Source: Desulfobacterales bacterium
GTDB lineage: Bacteria; Desulfobacterota; Desulfobacteria; Desulfobacterales; JALSRD01
Length of the DNA stretch: 64,000 nt
Reading direction: 5' to 3'
NCBI GenBank assembly: GCA_026984935.1
Contig: JALSRD010000073.1
Location: 4,313-68,312 of the forward strand
Made by a program: the position numbers and the translations under genes. Shown here piece by piece: positions 20,277 to 29,021 of the stretch (the stretch's first letter is position 1; each line of letters begins with the position of its first letter). Below the pieces are notes generated by a model. It worked only from the letters and a program-made list of their open reading frames with translations. It had not been told where the DNA came from and did no database searches.

Positions 20277-20875
20277 GCTTCGCAGCTCGGTTTTCATTTT
20301 CTCCAATGTGGCCGGTGCGAATCACCCGGTGGAATCTGCATGTTGTTGATGGTCCGTTTTTCGTAAGCCCGGATGGGCATTTCAAGCCGCTTGAGAAGGA
20401 GTCGACCCATGGCATTCAACCAACGGGTCGGTTTTGTCGGACGTTTTTTTGCTGACGAGTGGTATATTATCCATCGGAAGGCTTTTTTGATTCAGTCTCT
20501 TCCCACACGAAAACCTTACGGAGCTTCGTCACAGTAGAAGCGGGATACCCCAAACATTCGCACGCCTTTCGCAGCAGGGGTGTGGAGTATGGATTAAACA
20601 CTGCAGGACGTCCGGGGTCAACTTGAAAATGTCGTGTGGGAAACCGAGATAGGGGCGTGGAAATTTCCTACATATCCGTAATTCACTGTAATTATGATAT
20701 TTACCGCCATTCTTGACGGGATGTATGCTGGTGACGGCATGTTGGTTGTTGAAAAAATCAACACTACCGGGGCAATGCTCGCCCGGCGTAAAATCCTCTG
20801 TGCATCAGTTGTGTAAATATAATTCATTGTTAATACGGACCATTGCAACAGGCGGCGACGCTGCTTTGACCCCAT

Positions 20876-20891
20876 TGGCATATCTCTTGCT
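20876..20891 (+). promoter_or_regulatory. Sigma-54 (-24/-12) promoter upstream of the tandem GcvH-like genes
   Basis: TGGCAT-atctc-TTGCT matches TGGCAC-N5-TTGCW with the correct GG-to-GC spacing (G20877 to G20889 is 12 nt). It lies 83 nt upstream of ATG 20974. Confidence 0.6.
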
Positions 20892-20973
20892 GGTTCCTGC
20901 TATTATATCGAAAGCAAAGCCTGCCAATACAGAAATAGATCTGAACTTTATATCTGTAAAAAAGGAGTGAAAA

Positions 20974-21972
20974 ATGGCGCACAAAGTCGAAAAAAACGGC
21001 AGAAATCAGACGGGTTACGGGTCTTCCTACCGCAAGGGGCAGCAGCACGATCTGGGCAAACGCGATGCCATCGGTGCCGTGTTGGGCGGCCAGGTATGGC
21101 TGGTAAAACCGGACCGGAAGGCCGAGCTGTCCCACCCTTGTCTCTGGATGCAGGCCGGTGTGGTCAAGTTCAAGCGCTGCAACAATTTCTATGACTGCAC
21201 CCGCTGCAAATACGACCAGGGCATGCAGGCCCAGGTCGCCAAAGGCCGGCAGATCAGCTGGCAGGCGGCCATGAAGCGCAAGCCGGCCCTGGAGCGGCTG
21301 TGTCGCCACAGCCTCACCCAGCGCATTGCCGAGCGCCGCTGTGCTTATGACTATGAGTGCGCGCACTGTGATTTCGACCAATTTTTCGAAGACGTGTGGA
21401 ACGTCAAAACCAGGACTGTGCCGGCGGAAGTGGAACACATCAAGGGGTTTGACTTCCCCATGGACCATTATTTCCACAATGGGCACACCTGGGCGCGGGT
21501 GGAAAGCGGCGGCAACATCCGCATCGGGCTGGACGACTTTTCACTCAAGCTGTTGGGCAGTGCCGACAGTTTTGACCTGCCGCTGATGGGAAAAGAACTC
21601 GACAGCGGCCGCGTTGGGTGGGGATTGAAACGTGGAAACAACCAGGCGGATGTGCTGGCGCCGGTGGATGGCGTGATAGTCGAGGTCAATTCCGGTGTCC
21701 GGGAAAATCCGCAGCTGGCCAGCCGGGAGCCTTACGGCGGGGGATGGCTGTTTTTGGTCCGCACGCCCGACGTCAAAAAAAGCATGCAACAGCTCATGAC
21801 ACACGCCGCCGGTCTGGAATGGATCAACCGTGAAATCGGCAAACTGGAAGACATGATCGAAACGGTGGCCGGACCCCTGGCAGCCGACGGCGGTGTGCTG
21901 CAGCAGGATATCTACGGCAACCTGCCCGCGCTGGGCTGGACGCGCCTGACGGAAACTTTTCTGAAAACCTGA
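20974..21972 (+). CDS. Cys-rich GcvH-fold protein, paralog 1 (2x C-x12-C-x5-C-x2-C N-domain plus a glycine-cleavage-H-like C-domain without the canonical lipoyl-Lys)
   Basis: AAGGAG RBS. CLWMQAGVVKFKRCNNFYDCTRC and CRHSLTQRIAERRCAYDYECAHC. The C-domain (HNGHTWARVESGGNIRIGLDDFSLKLLG ... LAPVDGVIVEVN ... PYGGGWLFLV) aligns with the true GcvH at 46009-46416. Confidence 0.85.
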   Translation: MAHKVEKNGRNQTGYGSSYRKGQQHDLGKRDAIGAVLGGQVWLVKPDRKAELSHPCLWMQAGVVKFKRCNNFYDCTRCKYDQGMQAQVAKGRQISWQAAMKRKPALERLCRHSLTQRIAERRCAYDYECAHCDFDQFFEDVWNVKTRTVPAEVEHIKGFDFPMDHYFHNGHTWARVESGGNIRIGLDDFSLKLLGSADSFDLPLMGKELDSGRVGWGLKRGNNQADVLAPVDGVIVEVNSGVRENPQLASREPYGGGWLFLVRTPDVKKSMQQLMTHAAGLEWINREIGKLEDMIETVAGPLAADGGVLQQDIYGNLPALGWTRLTETFLKT

Positions 21973-22937
21973 TGGGCCGCCGGAAGTGGTGGAACGATAC
22001 CATGAAACCCATGAAAATTGCAAAAAAAAACCAGGTTCAGGCTCTCAGCGCACCGGAGTGCCTCTGGATGCAGGCCGGCGTCGTACGATCCAAGCGTTGC
22101 CAGCATGCCTACCGCTGCCATGCCTGCCGCTACGACCATGCCATGCGACGGGCGGCATTGCGGGCCGAAAAGTCGCGGAAATCCGGAAAACCCCTGGCCG
22201 GCAGGGCCGCCGGCATCGTATTCTGGAAAGACAGGCTCAAAAAGCGCCCGGTATGGCAGCAGCCGTGCATTCACCATATGAAAGCGCGCATTCCTTTCCG
22301 GGCCTGTACGCATGCCTACCATTGCAGCGACTGTGAATTTGACCAGTATTTTCAGGATCAGTATACGGTACACGCGGTGGTGCGACCTGTGGATGTTGCC
22401 GAGATACAGGGCTTTAAAATTCCCCAGGGGGTTTACCTGCACCGTGGTCATACCTGGGTGAAGATCGAGGAGAAAGGCGAAGTGCGTGTGGGGCTGGATG
22501 ATTTTGCCCTGCGCCTGATGGGTCCCCTGGATCGGGTGGCAACCCCGCTGCTGGGGCAAAAAATCCATCAGGACCGCCCGGCGTTTTTTGCCCGCCGGGG
22601 TCCGCAGCAGGCGGCGGTGCTGGCACCGGTTTCCGGCGTGATCACGGCCGCCAATGCAGACCTGTCCGATCGGGGCCGGGTGGCCAACCAGGCACCCTAC
22701 GCACAGGGTTGGCTGGTGCGGGTGCACGCCGAGAATCTGCGCCAGGATTTGAAAAACCTCATGATCGGTCACCAAACCACGGGTTTTCTGCATGCCGAAG
22801 TCCGAAAGTTGTACCGCATGATCGGGGAGACGGCCGGAATCCAGCATGCCGACGGCGGCTTCTTGGCAGAGGACATCTACGGTAACCTGCCTTCCACGGA
22901 CTGGAAAAGACTGTTGCGGCCATTTTTGCGTACCTGA
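21972..22937 (+). CDS. Cys-rich GcvH-fold protein, paralog 2
   Basis: Same architecture as paralog 1 (CLWMQAGVVRSKRCQHAYRCHAC; CIHHMKARIPFRACTHAYHCSDC; HRGHTWVKIEEKGEVRVGLDDFALRLMG ... LAPVSGVITAAN ... PYAQGWLVRV). The start overlaps the upstream stop (TGATG). Alternative ATG at 22002. Confidence 0.85.
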   Translation: MGRRKWWNDTMKPMKIAKKNQVQALSAPECLWMQAGVVRSKRCQHAYRCHACRYDHAMRRAALRAEKSRKSGKPLAGRAAGIVFWKDRLKKRPVWQQPCIHHMKARIPFRACTHAYHCSDCEFDQYFQDQYTVHAVVRPVDVAEIQGFKIPQGVYLHRGHTWVKIEEKGEVRVGLDDFALRLMGPLDRVATPLLGQKIHQDRPAFFARRGPQQAAVLAPVSGVITAANADLSDRGRVANQAPYAQGWLVRVHAENLRQDLKNLMIGHQTTGFLHAEVRKLYRMIGETAGIQHADGGFLAEDIYGNLPSTDWKRLLRPFLRT

Positions 22938-23399
22938 CGGTTTTTTCCAGCTATTGGCGGCTTGCCGGCAGATCCCACAGTTTTTAATCCGCACCCGCTC
23001 GACCTGTCCCTCCCAGTCCCCTCTTTTCAGGTACTTATCAACTTTTCACTTGCATTTCCGCGCTATTTTGGCGATATTTCTCTACATTCGAAAAGCGCCT
23101 TTCCACGCCGGTTTTTATTTTTCCAACCTGTAATTCACTGAATTTTGGGAAGCGGCGGGTTCTTTTACAGAGGTGTTCAGACAAATCCGGCCGTAATTTC
23201 TCAAGGCAAAGGGATAAAATGCCGATAAAGAAAAGGCATATACGTAGTGTTTCGCAGGGGATTAATATACGGTAATCAATTGAAAAATACGAAGTGGCCT
23301 TCTTTCAGAAACCAACCCGAAAACCCTGTGGCCGTTGGCCGGCCGGTTTTTACAAAAAACATGCGCGGCCGCTCTTGACGATCTGCATAATGGGAAAAA

Positions 23400-24368
23400 A
23401 TGGGAGATAAAAAAGCCGCGGCCGCTGGGGCGCAGGATCGTTTTCCGATACTGGTTGTCGAAGATGATCTGGTTACGCGCAGACTGCTGGTCAAGATACT
23501 GTTAAAGGCCGGCCATCAGGTCACAGAAGCCGAAAATGGCAGGGTGGCGCTGCAGCGCCTCGAAGAAAATTATTTTCCGATTATCGTCAGTGACTGGGTG
23601 ATGCCTGAAGTCGATGGACTCAGCCTCTGCCGCACGGTCAGAGCGTCGTTTCATGAGAGCTATGTCTATATCATCATGCTGACCGCCAAAAATACCAAAA
23701 CGGACATTATCAGAGGCCTGGGTGCCGGCGCGGATGATTATCTGACCAAGCCATTCAATGACGCCGAGTTGATTGCGCGCATCAATACAGGTGGCCGCAT
23801 TATCAACCTGGAGCGATCGCTGAAAAATGCCTATGCCGAAATTAAAAGCCTCTCGGTCAGGGATCCTTTGACCGGCTGCTACAACCGCGGTTACCTGATT
23901 GAGAAACTGCCCCATGAAATCAAAAGAGCCGACCGATACCACCGGCCGCTGTCAGTAATCCTTTGCGATATCGATCACTTCAAGCGCATCAACGACACCT
24001 TTGGACACCAGGCCGGCGATTTGGTTTTGGCGCATTTCGTCACCCTAATCCAGACGCATATCCGGCGCGACATTGACTGGATTGCCCGATACGGGGGCGA
24101 GGAGTTCGTCGTCGTTTTCCCGGAAACCGGCTTGCAGGACACTTTTAAAAAAGCGGACAAGTTGAGAGAAATGGTATGCCGCAATGCGCTGGTATATCAT
24201 CATCAAACCATAAACTACTCGGTGAGTTTGGGCGTAAGTGCGCTGGAATGCCTTACCGGTGCAGCGAAGCGTTCAGCGGATCACTTGATCAACCTGGCAG
24301 ATGTCTGCCTTTACAAAGCCAAAAAACAGGGGCGCAACCGGGTAGTCAAAAACGGGGCTCTGCAATAG
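23400..24368 (+). CDS. Response regulator receiver / GGDEF diguanylate cyclase
   Basis: Receiver (ILVVEDDLVTRRLL ... VSDWVMPEVDG ... LTAK). GGDEF domain with an intact GGEEF and an RxxD I-site (RDID-WIARY-GGEEF). Confidence 0.92.
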   Translation: MGDKKAAAAGAQDRFPILVVEDDLVTRRLLVKILLKAGHQVTEAENGRVALQRLEENYFPIIVSDWVMPEVDGLSLCRTVRASFHESYVYIIMLTAKNTKTDIIRGLGAGADDYLTKPFNDAELIARINTGGRIINLERSLKNAYAEIKSLSVRDPLTGCYNRGYLIEKLPHEIKRADRYHRPLSVILCDIDHFKRINDTFGHQAGDLVLAHFVTLIQTHIRRDIDWIARYGGEEFVVVFPETGLQDTFKKADKLREMVCRNALVYHHQTINYSVSLGVSALECLTGAAKRSADHLINLADVCLYKAKKQGRNRVVKNGALQ

Positions 24369-24574
24369 ACTTTTAAAGTAACGCGCTGGACCGGCCGGGC
24401 AAAGCATCCGTCCGATGCGCCGGGGCTGCATCTTTTCGCATTTTACTGTCCGGACACCTGAATTCCCGAAATCCGCCATGACTTGGAACGGTCATTTGGC
24501 CGGGCACCTTTAAAAGCACCCTGAAAGGAAAAGTTTTGCCGGAACCGATATCATCAACCGGGCGTTTGGAAAAA

Positions 24575-26521
24575 ATGCCCCTGCATCCCATCACGCTGTC
24601 TTTCAAGGGGCAGGATGGACAGCTCGAGGCCGCATTTCTTCACAGTTACTACCGCGCAACGCTGAAGCATGTCCGGGCGGTGCTGCTGCTGGCGATATTT
24701 TTTTACGGTATTTTCGGGTTGCTGGATGCCGTTCTGGTGGGCGACAAAAAGGTGCCGCTGTGGATCATCCGCTATGCTGTCGTCTGTCCGGTTTTGCTGG
24801 GCGCCTTTTTTTTCACATTCCTGCCTGCTTTTGAAAAATACATGCAGCCGGTTTTTCTGGTGATAATCATTATCGGCGGCCTGGGCGTGATCGGCATGAT
24901 TTTGATCGCGCCGGCACCGGCCAGTTTTTCCTACTATGCCGGGCTGATCCTGATTTTGATATTCGGATACACATTTCTGCGCGCACGTTTCGTCTGGGCA
25001 ACGGCCGCCGGCTGGATACTCGTTGTCTGTTACGAAATCGCCGCCACATGGCTGAAAACGCCGTTGCCGGTTTTGATCAATAACAATTTCTTTTTCATCA
25101 GCGCCAATATTATCGGCATGTTTGCCTGCTATTCCATCGAATATTACAGCCGGCGGAATTTCTACATGCAGCGCCTGCTGGAAGTTGAGCAGAAAAAGGT
25201 CATTGATATCAATCAAGTGTTGGAAGACCGCGTCAGGCAGCGGACGCACCAACTGGTTGAAGCCAATGAAGACTTAAAGAGAGAAATGGCCGCCAAGCAG
25301 AAGGCCCAGACCGAGAAATTAGAGCTTCAGTTTCAGCTGCAGCAGTCACAGAAAATGGAGGCCATCGGTACGCTCGCCGGCGGCATTGCGCATGACTTCA
25401 ACAATATACTGGCGGCGATTCTGGGGTACAGCGAAATTACGCTTTTGAAGCTGTCTGCAAAAAACACGGAAGAGACCAGGGAAAATCTGGAGAAAATTTT
25501 GAAGGCCAGCCAGCGCGCCAGGGACCTGGTCAATCAGATTCTGACCTTCAGCCGGCAGAAACGGCAGCATGTGCGCAACATTCCCATGGGGCCGGTCGCC
25601 AAAGAGGCATTGGCCCTTTTGCGGGCGTCGCTGCCCAGGAATATCGAAATCCGCCAGAAAATCGCTGCCGACCTGAGAAATATTCAGGCCGACCCCACCC
25701 AGATCCACCAGATCATCATGAACCTGTGCACCAATGCGGCCCACGCCATGGAGGGCAAAGGGGGTATCTTAACCGTTACCATTGAAAATGAGCGCATAAC
25801 AGGGGATGAAAAACTGTACCGGTCCATGCTGACGCCCGGCATGTATGTTAAGCTGGTGGTCGCCGACAACGGCGAGGGCATTCCGGAAAAGATCATCAGC
25901 CGCATCTTTGACCCGTATTTTACAACCAAGAAACCCGGCAAGGGGACGGGGATGGGCCTGGCTGTCATCCAGGGCATCGTGGAAAGCTACGGTGGCACGG
26001 TAGCCGTCGAAAGCCGTCCAGGTGAAGGTGCGGTGTTTGAGGTGCTCTTTCCTGCCGGCAAGAGCCGCGTCCTTCCCCAAGCGGACCTCGAACAGATTCC
26101 GTCGTCGGCAAATGCGCGTATTCTATTTGTGGATGATGAAGATTTCCTGGTCGACCTGACGTCACAGATGCTCGAACAGCTGGGTTACCAGGTGGTGTCA
26201 ACCAACAGCTCCCGGCAGGCGCTTGAAATATTCGAGAAAAACCCCTTTGAGGTGGACCTTTTGATTACGGACATGACCATGCCCTATATGACCGGCGAAA
26301 GGCTGGCCCGAGAGGTGTTGAAAATTCGCCCGGATCTGCCGGTTATCATCTGCACGGGGTTCAATGAAAAAATCAGTCCGGACTGGGCCCGGGAAATGGG
26401 CCTCAAGGGCTTTCTGATGAAACCGTTTTCCATCAACGATATTGCCAAAGCCGTTGAGCAGGCGCTCAATGGACGCTCGCAAGCAACACACACGACCGAT
26501 CCACCGCAAGGTGGAAATTAA
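24575..26521 (+). CDS. Membrane-bound hybrid sensor histidine kinase / response regulator
   Basis: About 5-6 hydrophobic segments at the N-terminus, a coiled coil, H-box [18 protein letters not shown]-box [13 protein letters not shown]-boxes DNGEGI and GTGMGLAV, and a C-terminal receiver (ILFVDDE ... [14 protein letters not shown]). ATG 24575. The track start at 24536 is a TTG. Confidence 0.9.
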   Translation: MPLHPITLSFKGQDGQLEAAFLHSYYRATLKHVRAVLLLAIFFYGIFGLLDAVLVGDKKVPLWIIRYAVVCPVLLGAFFFTFLPAFEKYMQPVFLVIIIIGGLGVIGMILIAPAPASFSYYAGLILILIFGYTFLRARFVWATAAGWILVVCYEIAATWLKTPLPVLINNNFFFISANIIGMFACYSIEYYSRRNFYMQRLLEVEQKKVIDINQVLEDRVRQRTHQLVEANEDLKREMAAKQKAQTEKLELQFQLQQSQKMEAIGTLAGGIAHDFNNILAAILGYSEITLLKLSAKNTEETRENLEKILKASQRARDLVNQILTFSRQKRQHVRNIPMGPVAKEALALLRASLPRNIEIRQKIAADLRNIQADPTQIHQIIMNLCTNAAHAMEGKGGILTVTIENERITGDEKLYRSMLTPGMYVKLVVADNGEGIPEKIISRIFDPYFTTKKPGKGTGMGLAVIQGIVESYGGTVAVESRPGEGAVFEVLFPAGKSRVLPQADLEQIPSSANARILFVDDEDFLVDLTSQMLEQLGYQVVSTNSSRQALEIFEKNPFEVDLLITDMTMPYMTGERLAREVLKIRPDLPVIICTGFNEKISPDWAREMGLKGFLMKPFSINDIAKAVEQALNGRSQATHTTDPPQGGN

Positions 26522-26532
26522 GGAGGCGCCAT

Positions 26533-28047
26533 ATGGGCTCCCAGGATAATGCCCAAAAAGAACAAAACCGGTTCAGCGTCAACATCGAACCCCTTGTCGA
26601 ACAGGTCCTTGCCTATGCGGAATCCACGCACTGCCGGCGGGGCGAAGCCGTCATGCTGCAGGGAAACGATGCCCACTGCCTTTATTATGTAAAAAAAGGG
26701 GCGGTCGAGGTATCCTACACCCTTGAGGGTGCGGACATCGTGGTTGCCATCATCGGGGAAAAACACTTCTTCGGCGAAATCGGTTTTTTCGACGGCATCT
26801 CCAGAGTCCGCGATGTCCGTGCCAAAGAGAACTCGGAAATCTGCACCTTTAAACCGGCTGCCATGGAGCGTCTCCAGGCAGACGATGCCGGCCTGTATGC
26901 GGAATTTTTAAATGTTCTGGCCAGGCTGATTTGCGAAAAGTTCCGTCGCGTGCTGGAAGAACGGGAGCCGCTGACCGGCTATGCGGCTTCCCTGTCGGTG
27001 AGCCATAATCGCTTTGACGAAGCCCGGCAGTTGCCGAAATCTTTCTTTACGACCGATGCTTGGCGGGCCGTCAATCAGTTGGCGGAGGATTTCAAAGCCC
27101 AGCTTTTTGATCTGTCCTATCGTCTACAGAAACATGCTCCGGACGAAATCCCGCCGGACCTCGAAAAGGAGGGTTACGCAATCATCGATGCGTTTAACGC
27201 CAGCCTGCAGCAGGTGAAAACCGTCATCGACAATGAGGAAGCGGAAAAATACGTCTGGGGTTATGTCTTTAAAGAATTTTTTCCCTATTTTATGAGAAGC
27301 CGGCTTGCGGAGAGGGTCTACTACAAGCCCAAGGGATACGCCGGTGATTTCATGATGATGGAGATGATTTACCGCAACCGGCCCGAGGGGGACGGTAAAC
27401 TCGGCCTGATCATGGACGGCTGGTTTTTAAACTCGCCGGCGGCTGACGCCGTGAGGGGGCGGCGCAAACTGCTTGCGGACAGAATTACGCAAATCAGCCG
27501 CGAAAAGATAGATCATCAGGACAAGATTCGCATCATGAACCTGGCCTGCGGCTCCAACCGCGAGCTTTTCGACTTTCTGTCGCGCTTCGAGCGTACCGAG
27601 AGCGTTGAGGCGTTGTGCATCGATATCGACGCCGACGCTTTGGCGTTCACCAACCGACATGTGAATGTCTTCAACCACCAGGCCATCGTACGGCTGATGA
27701 ACGAGAATCTGATCAAATGGGCCATCGGAAGGGTTCAGCATGATTTCGGGATGCAGGACATCATCTACTCCTCGGGCCTGACCGATTACCTGGACCGGCG
27801 CCTTTTTGTGAAAATGATCAACCGCTGCCATGCCCATCTCAATGAAAGCGGTATCCTGATCGTCGGGAATTTCGGCCCCCAGAACCCCAACCGGGAGTTT
27901 ATGGACCACATTCTGCACTGGAACCTGATTTACCGCGACGAAGCTGAACTGCGCGGCATTTTCCACGAAAGTTCTTTTGGCGATGGCGTGGATGTGATAT
28001 CGGAAAGCCACGGTATCAACCTGTTTGTCGTGGCCAGGAAAACCTGA
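26533..28047 (+). CDS. Cyclic-nucleotide-binding domain protein fused to a class-I SAM-dependent methyltransferase domain
   Basis: AAGGAGG RBS. cNMP-binding beta-roll (FFGEIGFFDGISRVRDVRA). C-terminal MTase motif I (IRIMNLACGSNRELFD), plus IDIDADAL and YSSGLTDYL. Confidence 0.85.
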   Translation: MGSQDNAQKEQNRFSVNIEPLVEQVLAYAESTHCRRGEAVMLQGNDAHCLYYVKKGAVEVSYTLEGADIVVAIIGEKHFFGEIGFFDGISRVRDVRAKENSEICTFKPAAMERLQADDAGLYAEFLNVLARLICEKFRRVLEEREPLTGYAASLSVSHNRFDEARQLPKSFFTTDAWRAVNQLAEDFKAQLFDLSYRLQKHAPDEIPPDLEKEGYAIIDAFNASLQQVKTVIDNEEAEKYVWGYVFKEFFPYFMRSRLAERVYYKPKGYAGDFMMMEMIYRNRPEGDGKLGLIMDGWFLNSPAADAVRGRRKLLADRITQISREKIDHQDKIRIMNLACGSNRELFDFLSRFERTESVEALCIDIDADALAFTNRHVNVFNHQAIVRLMNENLIKWAIGRVQHDFGMQDIIYSSGLTDYLDRRLFVKMINRCHAHLNESGILIVGNFGPQNPNREFMDHILHWNLIYRDEAELRGIFHESSFGDGVDVISESHGINLFVVARKT

Positions 28048-28081
28048 GAGAAGGCGAGTGAGGGCAGAAAGAGAGACGATC

Positions 28082-28567
28082 ATGATCAAAAAGCGCAAAA
28101 TTATAGTCGGGACAATCGTGGCGGTCGGCCTGCTGGTCATTGCGGCAGCCTGGGCCGCGGAGAAGAAAGATATGGGAGGCTGGGGACCGGACAGCCCTTA
28201 CAACCGTTTGTACAATGCATCCGAGATGGACAGCTTCAAAGGTACAATTGTCAAAATCGTGGAGGTCACGCCGATGAAAGGCATGTCACCCGGTGTCGGG
28301 CTGTGGGTGCGTGAATCCAAAGACGAGAAGATCCTGGTGCACCTGTGCCCGACTTGGTTTATCGACCGCAAGAGCACGGGGCTGAAAAAGGGAGACCGGG
28401 TCAAAATAAAGGGGGTCTGGGCGGTGGTTGACGGCAAGGATATTTTCATGGCGTCCAAAGTAAAAAAGGGTGACTACTTCCAGCTGAAAGTCCGCCTGAC
28501 CAAGGATGGCACGCCCTTCTGGACCATGACTCCCGAACAGCTGGCCAAAGAGAGAAAACACCAGTAA
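28082..28567 (+). CDS. Exported protein of unknown function (signal peptide plus a beta-rich domain)
   Basis: MIKKRKIIVGTIVAVGLLVIAAAWA signal-like N-terminus, then GTIVKIVEV...GVGLWV...ILVHLCPTWFI...GDRVKIKG...LKVRLTKDGTPFW. It vaguely resembles MamS/MamX-type periplasmic domains, which I could not verify. Confidence 0.7.
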   Translation: MIKKRKIIVGTIVAVGLLVIAAAWAAEKKDMGGWGPDSPYNRLYNASEMDSFKGTIVKIVEVTPMKGMSPGVGLWVRESKDEKILVHLCPTWFIDRKSTGLKKGDRVKIKGVWAVVDGKDIFMASKVKKGDYFQLKVRLTKDGTPFWTMTPEQLAKERKHQ

Positions 28568-28699
28568 CCGACATTTGCCGGCACAGATGTGCCGGATGCA
28601 TATCCGCTCAAGAAATTACGGCCGACGCGCGCCACACGCATCCGGGCGCTACCGCCGGTGTACCGGACGGGCGGGGAGACTTCACGTACCACCTGGATC

Positions 28700-28728
28700 T
28701 TGCACAGACAATTTTGAAAACTTATAAA
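28700..28728 (+). promoter_or_regulatory. Candidate sigma-70-type promoter inside a convergent intergenic region
   Basis: TTGCAC (28700-28705), a 17-nt spacer, then TATAAA (28723-28728). It is overlapped by the palindrome ACAATTTT-N10-AAAATTGT (28708-28733). Confidence 0.35.
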
Positions 28729-29021
28729 ATTGTAATGTTATCTCATGGTTGTCTATGGATGCAGCGCGATATTTTTTAGCGTCATTGGTATGTTCGGAAA
28801 CCCTCCATTTTGACTTCAAAATTGTCTGCCCTGCGGGAGCGCCGATTTTACCGCACCTACTGTATTGCAGGGCATTTGCGTCTGTATACTACAGCTGCAT
28901 GCCCTGCGCCTTGTATAGGCGGCAAACGCGACGCTTGCAAAATTCAGGTACCAACACAAGCAGGTTGCGCTTTGGTGGCAACCGTTTCACTGAAGTTTTC
29001 GGGAAGATGCCAGGTTAAAAG

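Noticed and set aside
20224-20415. A 63-aa minus-strand ORF, plus other short ORFs in the AT-rich 20.2-20.97 kb region.
   Set aside because: No RBS, atypical composition and no motif. The only recognisable signal there is the SDR-like fragment, which lies in a different frame.
20678-20688. The 11-mer GTAATTCACTG (followed by (T)AATT) occurs both upstream (20678-20688) and downstream (23130-23140) of the GcvH-like gene pair. This could be flanking direct repeats of an inserted segment.
   Set aside because: An exact 11-mer shared by two ~500-bp AT-rich regions has roughly a 5% chance expectation. The surrounding similarity is weak and there is no integrase, transposase or target-site logic. 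I regard it as unproven.
24503-24518. Sigma-54-like GGCAC...AAGCA upstream of the first hybrid kinase gene.
   Set aside because: The GG-to-GC spacing is off by one nucleotide, and sigma-54 promoters tolerate no spacing change.
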